Positions 12,034-23,820 of a DNA stretch of 44,386 bases are shown here, in pieces. Source of the stretch: Octopus sinensis (taxonomy: Eukaryota); contig NW_021835065.1 in NCBI RefSeq assembly GCF_006345805.1, forward strand, positions 1 through 44,386. The letters run 5' to 3'. The first letter of the stretch is position 1; the number at the start of each line of letters is the position of its first letter. Below the pieces are notes generated by a model. It had not been told where the DNA came from. It did not search any database and worked only from the letters and a program-made list of their open reading frames with translations. A program made the translations under genes and the position numbers.

Positions 12034-12443
12034 CTCTTTTACTCTTTTACTCTTTTACTTGTTTCAGTCATTTGACTGCGGCCATGCTGGAGCACCGCCT
12101 TCTAGTCGAGTAAATCGACCCCCAGGACTTATTCTTTGTAAGCCTAGTACTTATTCTATCAGTCTCTTTTGCTGAACCGCTAAGTTACGGGATGTAAACA
12201 CACCACCATCGGTTGTCAAGCAATGGTGGGGGGACAAACACAGACACACACATATACATACATACACATATATATACATATATACGACGGGCTTCTTCTA
12301 GTTTCCGTCTACAAAATCCACTCACAAGGCTTTGGTCGGCCCGAGGCTATAGTAGAAGACACTTGCCCAAGGTGCCACACAGTGGGAATGAACCCGGAAC
12401 CATGTGGTTGGTAAGCAAGCTACTTACCACACAGCCACTCCTG
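12034..12443 (-). mobile_element. SINE family A, near full length
   Basis: Same head, body and tail as 7913-8330. Confidence 0.92.
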
Positions 12444-12711
12444 TGAAAACTTTTTAATAATTTTGCGGAGGCTCCTGAGCAGGTATCGTCAAGCTTTTGG
12501 CAAAATTTAATGCAGATCCTCTGTTCACCTTCCACTGTCATGGTCAACGCGACGATCACACGCTACACACCTTCTTTCCAAGCACTGTGCTAAACAGCAG
12601 AAGTGAATTAGAACGTCAAAACTTAGTGCAAGGTCAATCTGCGCTTTACTCTGCGTACCTTAGTTTCGTTACTATGGCAACAATCCGGATATTCATTGAT
12701 GAGACTACGTA
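12444..12711 (-). mobile_element. Mariner left end: TIR-like terminus and transposase N-terminus
   Basis: Minus-strand EQRICIKFCQKLDDTCSGASAKL; terminus TACGTAGTCTCATCAATGAATATCCGGA abutting TA. Confidence 0.75.
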
Positions 12712-13556
12712 TATGTATATGAATGTATTTATATATGTATACATACGTAAAATTAATATTTGTCTATATATACATATATATGATATATGCATATATGTAC
12801 ATATATACACATGCAAACACACACGCTCATACATATTTATAGATTTATGTATGTCTATATATATATATATATATACATATATATGCGTACGTCTCTCCTT
12901 CTCCCTCTCTCTCTCTCTGTATATATATACGTATATTTATATATATATATTTATATATATGTATGTATAATATAGATATATGTATGATATATATATATGT
13001 GTGTGTGTGTGTGTGTACACATACACACAAAAAGACATGCACATGTGTATCAACACACTCACACACACATACATATATACATACATACGTGCTGTTCGCC
13101 ATATTTTATCTTAATGATTTCATTCGGGAAGGGGGGCGGGTATTTGTATTTGGTTGGGGGTGGGAGTTATTTCTGAATGAATCAAATACAGACGTGACAT
13201 TGTTGAGACCATCAGGCATTATAGGTCTGCAAATAGTTGTTTATAGCAGACTGGGTCACTCAGACAGAATAAATGAAAATTTTTGTTTTACATTTCGCAC
13301 TACATGTCCTCTCACACGTACACACCACAACCAAGAGCCTCTACGTGATCATTTAACCTACTAGCAATAGCAAATAAATGGCCCTTTATCGAAACCAAAA
13401 GGCTGGGGGTTAATAAATGGAGCTTAACACAGTGTACTCTAGGCAAAACGAATAGACATCTTGGTTCTCTTTCAAACGATTTTAATCTTGCCTGCCAGAT
13501 AAATGTTGATATAATAAATGAAAATTACAGCAGAAATATTCATAATTATATATATA

Positions 13557-13719
13557 GGCGTAGGAGTCGCTGTGTGGTAAGCAGCTTGCTTACCAACAAC
13601 ATGGTTCCGGGTTCATCCCACTGCGTGGCATCAGGGCAAGTGTCTTCTACTATAGCCTCGGGTCGACCAAAGCCTTGCGAGTGGATTTGGTAGACGGAAA
13701 CTGAAAGAAGCCTGTCGTG

Positions 13720-13758
<39 letters not shown>

Positions 13759-13831
13759 ATGTGTGTGTATGTTTGTGTGTCTGTGTTTGTCCCCCCCCGC
13801 CCCTTCTAACATCGCTTGACAGCTGATGCTG
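13557..13831 (+). mobile_element. SINE family A, 3'-truncated
   Basis: Head plus body up to CATCGCTTGACA. Confidence 0.88.
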
Positions 13832-13931
13832 GAAGAAGGAGAAGAGGAAGAAGAAGAAGAATTCTCGTTGCATTCGAAAAAGGTGAATTTCTTGTAGTTG
13901 CAGTTGTCGCCGCCGCCGTCGTCTTTGTACC

Positions 13932-13949
13932 AGTGGTAGTAGTAGTAGT

Positions 13950-14006
<57 letters not shown>

Positions 14007-14115
14007 TCAGCAGTAGTAGTAGCAGAATAAGAAGAAAGTAAAATGTAGATGTGAAGATGACAAAAACGAAGGCGACGACGACGACGACGATCATGATGGT
14101 GATGATGATGATAAT
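13932..14115. repeat. (TAG)n, (GAC)n and (GAT)n microsatellites
   Basis: Direct reading. Confidence 0.9.
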
Positions 14116-14320
14116 GACTCTCTGATCGCAAACCAAGAACGAGATCAGAGAAGAGGGGAGGGGGAGGGGTTAGGAACGGGTATTTAAAAACTAACAGAAG
14201 AAAATATCGACAAAACAAAAGGGTCATGTTTGTCCTTGATTTCATTGACCCCTGTTTGTTTATCAGAGAATAATAGTCGTGTGTTTAATGGGGCGTGACG
14301 CATTCTCGTGTTTGTGTAGA

Positions 14321-14353
<33 letters not shown>

Positions 14354-14500
14354 TTGTTTATTTATATAGGCTTGTTTACTCGGTTTGTTTACTTCGGTAA
14401 ACAATAAAAAAAAAACAACTTGAAACACGTTTAAATCCATCGTCACACACTAACAAACACACACATACTCACACACACACACACATACTCTCGCTCTCTC

Positions 14501-14566
<66 letters not shown>

Positions 14567-14580
14567 CATACATACATATA

Positions 14581-14614
<34 letters not shown>

Positions 14615-14649
14615 CATACATACACATATATATATATGTATGTATTTAT

Positions 14650-14850
14650 GAGGGCGCGTGGCCTAGTGGTTAGGCTGTTGCACGCACGATCACTATTTTG
14701 TGGTTTCAATTTCCAGATTGGGCGGTGCGTTGTGTTCATGAGCAAAACACTCCATTACACGTTGCTCTAGTCTCCTTTCAAGATGGTGGTAAGCAGTGTT
14801 AACCTGCTCACATAAGAAGGCTAAAACAATGTAAAGCGTCGTGATGTCGG
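14650..14850 (+). mobile_element. Diverged tRNA/CORE-like SINE (family D)
   Basis: GGGCGCGTGGCCTAGTGGTTAG box A, GGTTTCAATTTCC box B-like, GCGTTGTGTTCATGAGCAAAACAC...CACGTTGCTC; tail GAAGGCTAAAACAATG shared with the SINE at 19792-20082. Confidence 0.7.
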
Positions 14851-15093
14851 CATTTTGATATCGAACGCGAATCGTAACGATACAGGTAACTTCTTTCCCA
14901 ATATTCAGATGGCTTTCTGTCCTCCATCTCAGCTAACGTTTTCTCAAACACACCTTTACTCCAAAACCGTTGATTGTTTCTCAATACATCAAAAACTGAG
15001 GCATAAAAATCGTCAAGTTTAACCCCAACACTATACCATCAAATGTGTTTTAGTCATAACGGCGCTGTCGTTTCAGACTTAGTTTATCTCAAA

Positions 15094-15460
15094 CTAGCAG
15101 TATAGGCCAGCGTTGCTCGGGTGTGTTTCGACCCTTTAGAATTGGAATTTTTGAAAAGTAAAAATTTGCATTATGTAGCTTGTTATTCTCTTTAAGTGAA
15201 CATTTTTTCTGGTTGAAATACACCGAAAAATGGCGTAAAAAATAGGGATTTTCATAGAAAAAAAAGCACCCTTTTGATGTAAATAAGTTTTGTTAACATG
15301 GTCCGATTTGAATTTTTTCTTCTATGGAACGAAGAGCAAGTTTTCTATCATATTCTCAATTTTGGTCAACTTGCGCTGCAGGGTCTCGGAGGAGATAGTG
15401 TTAGCTGAAAGCTACCAAACCTGCCATACACAGACAACTTCAGCTTTATATATATATATC
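15094..15460 (-). mobile_element. Non-autonomous Helitron-like element
   Basis: Minus-strand 3' end CCCGAGCAACGCTGGC..ACTGCTAG|T (imperfect subterminal hairpin plus CTAG); 5' end TATATATAAAGCTGAAG; no TSD; canonical 5' TC not clear. Confidence 0.65.
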
Positions 15461-15521
15461 AAATAATTCTATGCTTTGTTACCCTACAGATTCGGAAACT
15501 GACGGCAGGGTGATATTATAG

Positions 15522-15973
15522 AAATCTAAGTAGAGATTTCAAACTTAAAATCTTCAAAGCCACAGTCGAACCAATTCTACTATATGGCTCAGAAACCTGA
15601 AGCTTGAGAGGCGGTTGGATGGAACTTACACCCGCCTCCTTATGAGAGCTCAAAATCTCTCGTGGAAGCGTTATCCAACCAAAGTACAAATATATGGGAA
15701 ACTACCACCTGTGTCATCTCTTGTGAAAGGTAGAAGAGTCCAGTTTGCTGGACATTGTTGTAGAGCTGAAAACGAGGTAATTTCTACTCTTCTCCTCTGG
15801 AAGCCATCAGCACGCGATACCAGAGGGCGCACACTCTCCTACCCTGATGTAATCTCCAGGGATACAGGCATCCGGCAACAGGACCTCCGTAATGCTATGA
15901 TGGACCGTGAAGTCTGGCGTAACATAGTAAATTCCATTGTCTCGACCACGGTCGAAAAATGATCATGATGATG
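15522..15973 (+). mobile_element. 5'-truncated RTE-clade LINE (RT thumb/C-terminal region)
   Basis: KLKIFKATVEPILLYGSET*...LDGTYTRLL...RRVQFAGHC.R...LLLWKP...GR...MMDREVWRNIV; (GAT)n tail. Confidence 0.9.
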
Positions 15974-16632
15974 TAATATAATTTGGTTGCTATTTCTAGC
16001 CGGCCGAGCGACCACAAACAGGTTTACTTACCGTCTCGTCGCAAATGGTTTTAATACTCTCGCCGTTGTCGTGGATGTCTTGTTATTTTCACCGTTGTTG
16101 TTCGTGTTGTTATTACATATATTACTATAATATTGCTTCCAAGTCTGATTAATTAGATTCTCCTAATTAATTACAACATTGGATTCGACTTTTAACTAAT
16201 CTCACAGTTCCTGTATTCGCTTCAATTTCCTTATTAATTTAGCTGATTTGCAGTAAATATTATTTTCTCTTGTTTTCCTCCTCATCACTATTGTATGTTG
16301 TATTGTTGTTCTTTACCCTGTGTATCATTGTTTATAGTGTTATGTTTATATAATACGTGGAGCTTATATTCAAGTAACAAGCATAAAGACTAATGAAGAT
16401 TGGAATGGATTGGACACTTGTTTCGTATTAAAGGTTGCACAATAAGGTCCCTTGGCAACAGTCGTTTAATTCCGAAATTTGTTTTCTTCGTTCACGTCTT
16501 CCCTATCTCTGAACTGTATATCAGCGTGTATATCAGCGTGCTATTAAGTTAGACATGGCCTGGGCCGATACTGGCCAAAACCAAGTTCTAAGTATGTATG
16601 TATGTATGTATGTATGTATGTATGTATGTATG

Positions 16633-17100
16633 TATGTATGTATGTATGTATGCGTTGCGCATGAGAAAGTAAGGAGGGATGTCAGGAAGGGCATCGCTGT
16701 TACGCTTCCAGATGGGAAGGGTCTTCCTATGATGCTGACATGCAATGTCTGTGCAAGACCCTGCCTCAGTAAAGCTGGACTCAAGAGTCATCTTCGTAGT
16801 CATAAAGCGAGACAGATGAGTGACAACCTGGCCACTGGTGGTGGTGTAACACACCATACTAATCATATATGTCAGGCATTTGGAAAAGAGTGTAATTCGG
16901 CAGGACTTAAACGACATGCAAAGGTACATGAAGCCCAGTTACAACTACAGCCGGCTATTACCGGTAAAGGTTTTAGCTGCCAATTCTGTACAAGACATTG
17001 TAGATCTTTAGCTGGGCTAAAAAGTCACATTCGATCACAGCACCAGCAACAGTTAAGCTTCGTGCAATGGCCATACTCGATAACGAGGGGGCAGCCATCA
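16633..17100 (+). mobile_element. RTE-type LINE 3' end with three C2H2-like zinc fingers, inserted in (TATG)n
   Basis: CNVCARPCLSKAGLKSHLRSH, a degenerate CQAF..CNSAGLKRHAKVH and CQFCTRHCRSLAGLKSHIRSQH; tail CTCGATAACGAGGGGGCAGCCATCA(TGTA)n; no splice context. Confidence 0.7.
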
Positions 17101-17138
17101 TGTATGTATGTATGTATGTATGTATGTATGTATGTATG

Positions 17139-17169
<31 letters not shown>

Positions 17170-17206
17170 GTATGTATGCGTGCATATATGTATGTAAATA
17201 TTTCTA

Positions 17207-17371
17207 GGCGCAGGAGTGGCGGTGTGGTAAGTAGCTTGCTTACCAACCACATGGTTCTGGGTTCAGTCCCACTGCGTGGCCCCTTGGGCAAGTGTCTTCT
17301 ACTATAGCCTCGGGCCGATCAAAGCCTTGTGAGTGGATTTGGTAGATGGAAACTGAAAGAATCCCGTCGTG

Positions 17372-17403
<32 letters not shown>

Positions 17404-17614
17404 CGTGTGTGTGTGCGTGTGTGTGTGTGTGTTTGTGTGTCTGTATTTGTCCCCCAACATGCTGGTGTGTTTACGTCCTCGTAACTTAGCGGTTCGGCCA
17501 AAGAGACCGATAGAATAAGTACTAGGCTTACAAAGAATAAGTCCTTGCTTGACTAAAGGAAGTGCTCCAGCATGGCCGCAGTCAAATGACTGGAACAAGT
17601 AAAAGAGTAAAGAG
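17207..17614 (+). mobile_element. SINE family A, full length
   Basis: Head GGCGCAGGAGTGGCGG..., CCTTGGGCAAGTG, internal (TA)(TG), tail GTAAAAGAGTAAAGAG. Confidence 0.92.
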
Positions 17615-17695
17615 TATTGTTAATCTACAGATTCGAAAACTGTCGGCAGGGTGAGATTATAGTAATATAATTTGGTTTCAGTGTTTCAGTGGTGC

Positions 17696-17828
17696 TTATT
17701 TTATCGAGCCTGAAAGGATGAAAGGCCAAGTCGACCTCGGCGGAATTTGAACTCAGAACGTAGCGGCAGACGCAATACCACTAAACATTTCGCCCGGCGT
17801 GCTAACGTTTCTACCAGCTCGCCGCCTT
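17696..17828 (-). mobile_element. SINE family B, 5' part
   Basis: GGCGGCGAGCTGG...GAGTTCAAATTCCGCCGAGGTCGACTT.GCCTTTCATCCTTTC. Confidence 0.88.
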
Positions 17829-17849
17829 GAGGGAAAGAAATAATAACTG

Positions 17850-18041
17850 GTATAAATGTTGTCGAGTGGTACAAAGACCACCCGGAAGACCTCCACGACG
17901 GTGGAGTTACGATTTCAGGAGGACGATTGGGATCACATGGATGAGAAAGGCGCGATCCAGAGAGGAGTGGACAGCGTGCTGTGACCAGCGGTGTCAAATT
18001 GACGCCTGACGGACTGGTCGGTCAATGTGGTCAAGGTGATA
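17850..18041 (+). mobile_element. RTE-clade LINE extreme 3' end
   Basis: RPPGRPPRRWSYD...ITWMRKARSREEW fits the RTE GRP..RW.D...WM..A..R..W terminus; short 3'UTR with repeated GTGA/GTCA units. Confidence 0.75.
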
Positions 18042-18554
18042 ATAGTGATAAACGAGACAGGAAAAGGAACTCTTTAAACAGATATAGTGTATTTGGTGTG
18101 TAGACGTTTGTCAGTTGATGTGGGTGGAATTTTGATGGTGCTGTGTATATGGTTTGCTAAATTCTTCTTCTACGGTTCCGAAAATTCTAGAAGCATTAAA
18201 TGTATTCGCACCAGAAATAGTGTTGAACATAAATCTTTATACAAATAGAAACGAAAAGTTGCTGAGACACCATCAACACGAATAATAACAAATAGGATAG
18301 TTAAATATAACCAGAGGCACACACACACGCACACACACACACACACGCAAACACTCGCACGCAAACCACGCACACGCATACGCATAGACACGCTCGCGCG
18401 CGCACAAGGTCGTACACACGTTCACACACTCATATCTCGGCACACGATAAATGCAAGAGAACGCGCCGGAAAATATACACGCACACTCACACAAATACAG
18501 ACACACACACACACACAAATCTATAATAATCCTTTCTACTAAAGCTACTTAACT

Positions 18555-18675
18555 TATCGGCGCCAAAAGGAGGAAAGGCAAAGTCGAACCCCGACGGAAT
18601 TTGAACTCAGAACATAAAGACGGATGAAATGCTTCTAACCATTTCACCCGGCATGCAAACGATTCTGCCAGAACT
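18555..18675 (-). mobile_element. SINE family B, diverged fragment
   Basis: GAAAGGCAAAGTCGA...GGAATTTGAACTCAGAAC. Confidence 0.75.
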
Positions 18676-19005
18676 TTCGGATTGAATACGTATATGTATT
18701 TGTGAGCATATATATATACTAGGGCAAAAGAAAAAAATTCTAATGCCAAATATGCCGAAAATAGACAAATCGTCAATAACCATATAATTTATAACTATAA
18801 AGAATCTTTTTCGTTTGCCCTTGTTTATAAATTGTTTATAAAGTTAACCTTTAATGATTTTTTTAATATGCTGGCCATTAATGGAATTTTTTTCGAAAAA
18901 TTTTATTCGATGTTAGATATATATATATATCAATGTGTGTGTATTACACACAAACACACACACACACACACACACACCACACACACACACACACACACAC
19001 CACAC

Positions 19006-19036
<31 letters not shown>

Positions 19037-19037
<1 letters not shown>

Positions 19038-19768
19038 CACAAAAGGTGTTCGCCGGGAGCTACTGCACAAAGCCAGATTTCACGGGAGGGCTGCAATCAG
19101 AAAACCACTACTTTCAAACACAAACGTTGCAAAGCATTTAGAATGGAGTAAAAACCTAACGAATCGGTCCCTAGACCAATGTAAGAATGTTATTTTCTCG
19201 GACGAGTCATCCATTACCATATTTCCGACTATCCGGCCGACTATTCGTGTGGAGACATCCAAAAGAAGCATTTGACGCAGACTGTCTTCTTCCAACTGTT
19301 AAACATGGAGGAGGATCTCTGATGATGTGGGGATAGACAATATCTTGGAAATGCGCTGGCCCAATGGTTTCCCTTCATGGCAGAATTCATAGTCAAGACT
19401 ACTTAAACAATATATCTGATCAAATTCATCCTATGTTTGGGGAACATTTTACTGAATGGCCCAAGAAACCTTTTAGTGTAGTTGAACATCTTATCTAGCG
19501 ACCATAGTCCCCAGATCTCAATATTATTGAACAGTTATGGTGCATTTTAGAAAAACAAATAAGGAGTCGATATCCTCCACCAACATCAACACAAGAACTG
19601 TTTTAGCTGAAGAATGGATAAAAATTCTTTTGCAAACAATTCAAACTTTGTACGAGTCCATACCTCGTAGAATTCAAGCTGTAATTACTGCCAAAGGCGG
19701 TCCTACCGCTTATTAAAACAAATTTGTTTTAAGTTTTAAGGTGTTTCCATTATTTTGTCCAAGCCCTG
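19037..19768 (+). mobile_element. Tc1-family transposon, 5'-truncated transposase pseudogene with right TIR
   Basis: RKPLLS...LEW...VIFSDES; PTVKHGGGSLMMWG; SPDLNIIEQLW; SIPRRIQAVITAKGGPTAY*; ends ATTATTTTGTCCAAGCCCTG|TA. Confidence 0.92.
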
Positions 19769-19791
19769 TATATATATAAATATATATATAT

Positions 19792-20080
19792 ATCACCGTG
19801 ATCACCGTGACCGACCAGGCTATCAGATGTTGCTACACATCGCTGGTCACAATGCGCTTCGCATTGTTTTAGCCTTCAAATGACGCCACCCCGCTGGCTA
19901 AGCGAGCAGGCCAACAGAAGAAAGAGTGAGAGAAAGTTGTGGCAAAAGAGTACAGCAGGGATCAGCCCACCACACCTGCTCGTAGAGTTTTAGGTGTTTT
20001 CGCTGAATAAACACTTACAATGCCCGGTCTGGGAATCGAAACCGCGAGTCCGCTGCCCTAACCACTGGGCCATAGCGCTT

Positions 20081-20082
<2 letters not shown>
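19792..20082 (-). mobile_element. tRNA-derived SINE family C with RTE-derived tail
   Basis: Head TGGCCCAGTGGTTAGGGCAGCGGACTCGCGG, body CCACAACTTTCTCTCACTCTTT, tail similar to 17980-18041. Confidence 0.88.
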
Positions 20083-20120
<38 letters not shown>

Positions 20121-20629
20121 CTGTAAGCCTGAAATTAGTCACCAATTGATAGGTCGATACATTAATCACAGGATATAACAGTAATCAGAGTTATTTTTTT
20201 ATAGGAAATTATTTGCTTACATGTTTCAAGAAGCCTGATTAACTGTATCGATATCATACAATGGTTTGTTCACACAATCGATCAAAAGATTAACCAATTA
20301 ATCAATCAAATAATGGAACAAGTCATCCGACAATTTTTTCTCCTCGGAGTTCAAAAGTCGTCCTGGTAGATTTTTCAAAGACTGCTAGAAATACGGTTAC
20401 TGAGTTGGGAGGCGGTAGCCATTGCACATATTTTATGATACATCCTTTTAAATGTCATTTTCATGCAAAGTTCATGATCGGAGAGGTCAAAATGTTATCG
20501 AATGCTGGTGCATAGAAGTTTATATGTAAAGGAACAGCACTAGAGAACTGGTATTGAATGTTTTCGTTTTCAGACAGTCCATAGTAGTGAAGTGTGAACC
20601 GTGTGAGAGATCTGTTGAATGCTCAGTAA

Positions 20630-20800
20630 CTTTTCTTTTCTACTCAAGGCACAAGTCCCGAATTTTTTTGGGGTGGGAAGTCGATTAGATCGACCTCAGT
20701 ACGCAGCTGGCACTTAATTTATCGACCCCGAAAGGATGAAAGGCAAAGTCGACCCCAGCGGAATTTGAACTCAGAACGTAAAGACAGACGAAATACCGCA
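20630..20800 (-). mobile_element. SINE family B fragment
   Basis: TTAATTTATCGACCCCGAAAGGATGAAAGGCAAAGTCGAC...GAATTTGAACTCAG. Confidence 0.85.
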
Positions 20801-21068
20801 CACATTACTAAATTCATTAAATCATTAGGTATTTCTGCTCTGAGAAGAACTACAGGGAAGGGAATTTTCCACCGCGTGGAATGTCCTCACATCAGTTTGT
20901 GAAGAAGCTTAAATCTTGAGAAAAATAAAAATGAAAACTGTAAAGAACTACGTGGACATCAAGTTTTAGTAACAAATCATAATGTGATACAAGTGTCCCT
21001 CTTTAAATGCTTGAAGTTATTCACTGCTAACCAGCTAAAAACATGTAGGATGGCTAGTAGCTACAAAT

Positions 21069-21560
21069 ACCTATTTCATTACTACCCTCAATGGGCTAAA
21101 CACAGAGGAGACAAGCAAGGACAAACAAACGGATTAAGTCGATTATATCGACTCCAGTGCATAACTGGTACTTAATTTATCAGTACCAGTAATATTATAA
21201 AGGCGGCGAGCTGACAGAATCGTTAGCACGTTGGGTGAAATGCGTAGCCGTATTTCGTCTGCCGCTACGTGCTGAGTTCAAATCCCGCCGAGATCGACTT
21301 TGCCTTTCATCCTTCGGGGTCGATAAATTAAGTACCAGTCACGCACTGGGGTCGATGTAATCGATTTAATCCGTTTGCCTGTCCTTGTTTGTCCCCTCTA
21401 TGTTTAGCCCCTCGTGGGTAGTAAAGAAATAGGTACTTAATTTATCAACCCCGAAAGGATGAAAGGCAAACTCGACCTCGGCAGAATTTGAACTCAGAAC
21501 GTAACGGCAGACGAAATACCGCTAAGCATTTTGCTCTAACGTTTCTGCCAGCTCGCCGCC
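21069..21560 (-). mobile_element. SINE family B host copy interrupted by an opposite-orientation family B copy (21202-21433, +)
   Basis: 16-bp duplication GGTACTTAATTTATCA at 21167-21182 and 21432-21447 flanks the inner copy. Confidence 0.88.
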
Positions 21561-21899
21561 TTTTAGTAGCTGCAAATACCGCAAGCGTCAAGAGTGTTCT
21601 TTTACCAATATGCACTATCATACATGCTTAAATGCTCGTGCATTTGCGTAGACATAAATACACGCAATTCAGTGGCAAATTGATTCTCTTTAGTTCATTC
21701 GCTCTCTCCCGTTTATTTCCATTCCAAAGCGTGTCCAAAAGACACCCACTTCACTAAACAAGCTGGGTGGGCTTTGTCAGTTTAGTTATCGTATTGTCGA
21801 ACGCGCATAGGTTTTCACGGTTGACTTAACCACATCTAACAGTTCTTTGGCTATCATATCTCTGACTTGGCCTGAAAAAAGCTAGAGATATACCACCAT

Positions 21900-22050
21900 T
21901 TTCTCCCCTCCATACACACGCAAGCATGTATCCGACACATACACTGTTCACTTTCCAGACATTTGTACATTACTGCATATACTTTATACGCACTTTTTGA
22001 CAAGTTGTGGTGCACCTGAGCACTGTATACAATAATTTCATTATTATTAT
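21900..22050 (+). mobile_element. Possible LINE 3'UTR remnant
   Basis: Ends ...GTGGTGCACCTGAGCACTGTATACAATAATTTC(ATT)n, a tail-like ending; no coding motif recognised. Confidence 0.3.
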
Positions 22051-22329
22051 AGGTAGACTAATGCTAAATCACAGCGAACAACAGATAAGCTTCTGATAAA
22101 TATACATCCCACACAGTATTATGACACATAAACCACAAATAAATACCGGTAAATCGCAAGCTAACAACGTGTGTGCTAGCGATTATCGACAAATGTATCT
22201 GTGAATTAAATTACAGTAAAACACATATTTATCATTTACATAACATAGATTATTCGCAGTGGCGCGCGCACACAATAGACACACAACAAACGCACACAAC
22301 GAACGTACACATACACAACAAACACACAC

Positions 22330-23555
22330 ACGTAAAGACAGACGAAATACCTATTTCTTTACTGCACACAAGGGGTTACACACAGAGGGGACAAACAAGG
22401 ACAGACAAACGGATTAAGTCGATTATATCGACCCCAGTGCGTAACTGGTACTTATTTAATCGACCCCGAAAGGATGAAAGGCAAAGTCTACCTTGGCGGA
22501 ATTTGAACTCAGAATATAACAGCAGATGAAATACCGCAAAGCATGTCGCCCGGCGTGCTAATGTTTCTTATTTCTTTATTGCCCACGAGGGTCTAAACAT
22601 AGAGGGGACCAACAAGGACAGACAAACGGATTAAGTCGACCTCAGTGCGTAACTGGTACTTAATTTATCGACCCCGAAAGGATGAAAGGCAAAGTCTACC
22701 TTGGCGGAATTTGAACTCAGAATATAACAGCAGATGAAATACCGCAAAGCATGTCGCCCGGCGTGCTAATGTTTCTTATTTCTTTATTGCCCACGAGGGT
22801 CTAAACATAGAGGGGACCAACAAGGACAGACAAACGGATTAAGTCGACCTCAGTGCGTAACTGGTACTTAATTTATCGACCCCGAAAGGATGAAAGGCAA
22901 AGTCGACCTCGGCGGAATTTGAACTCAGAACATAACGGTAGACGAGATACCTATTTCTTTACTACCCACGAGAGTCTAAACACAGAGGAGACAAGCAAGG
23001 ACAGACAAACGGATTAAGTCGATTATATCGACCCCAGTGCGTAACTGGTACTTATTTAATCGAGCCTCAAAAGGATGAAAGGCAAAGGCGACCTCGGCGG
23101 AATTTGAACTCAGAACATAACGGCAGACGAAATACCTATTTCTTTACTAGCCACGAGGGGCTAAACACAGAGGAGACAAGCAAGGGCAGACAAACGGATT
23201 AAGTCGATTATATCGACCACAGTGCGTAACTGGTACTTATTTAATCGAGCCCCGAAAGGATGAAAGGCAAAGTCGACCTCGGCGGAATTTGAACTCAGAA
23301 CATAACGGCAGACGAAATACCTATTTCTTTACTAGCCACGAGGGGTTAAACACAGAGGAGACAAGCAAGGGCAGACAAACGGATTAAGTCGATTATATCG
23401 ACCACAGTGCGTAACTGGTACTTATTTAATCGAGCCCCGAAAGGATGAAAGGCAAAGTCGACCTCGGCGGAATTTGAACTCAGAACGTAGCAGCAGACGA
23501 AATATTGCTAAGCATTTCGCGCGGCGTGCTAACGTTTTTGCCAGTTCGCCACCTT
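22330..23555 (-). mobile_element. Head-to-tail array of six SINE family B units (about 185-209 bp)
   Basis: GAATTTGAACTCAG recurs near 22499, 22707, 22915, 23100, 23285 and 23470; a complete head is present only at the right end. Confidence 0.92.
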
Positions 23556-23671
23556 CAAAGGTGAAATATTGCCAGATAGTCTTATACAGCATTTTATCTC
23601 AGAGCCTAAATGTTAGAAAAGAAATTCTGGAGTCGTCTTATAAAGCCAGTCGGTTTATTCACCGGCATAAT

Positions 23672-23820
23672 AGTTAGTTCTCTCCGTGTCATGAGGCACA
23701 TGCGGCCGCAGCACGATCTTACCGACCGCCTCGGTTTCATTCCACTGTTCCGGTTTCATTTCAGCTTCTCCATCTTTGTCTCCTATCCTTGTCAATGATC
23801 CTTCGCCATGTGATCTTAGG
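23672..23820 (-). mobile_element. Decayed RTE-clade LINE 3' end
   Basis: Minus strand PKITWRRIIDKDRRQ.WRS*NE...NRGGR*DRAAAACAS*HGEN resembles the PK.TWRR...W....ALC terminus of RTE elements. Confidence 0.65.

Noticed and set aside
22330-23555. CRISPR-like regular repeat array
   Set aside because: Units are wholly repeated SINE bodies with no unique spacers, in a eukaryotic context
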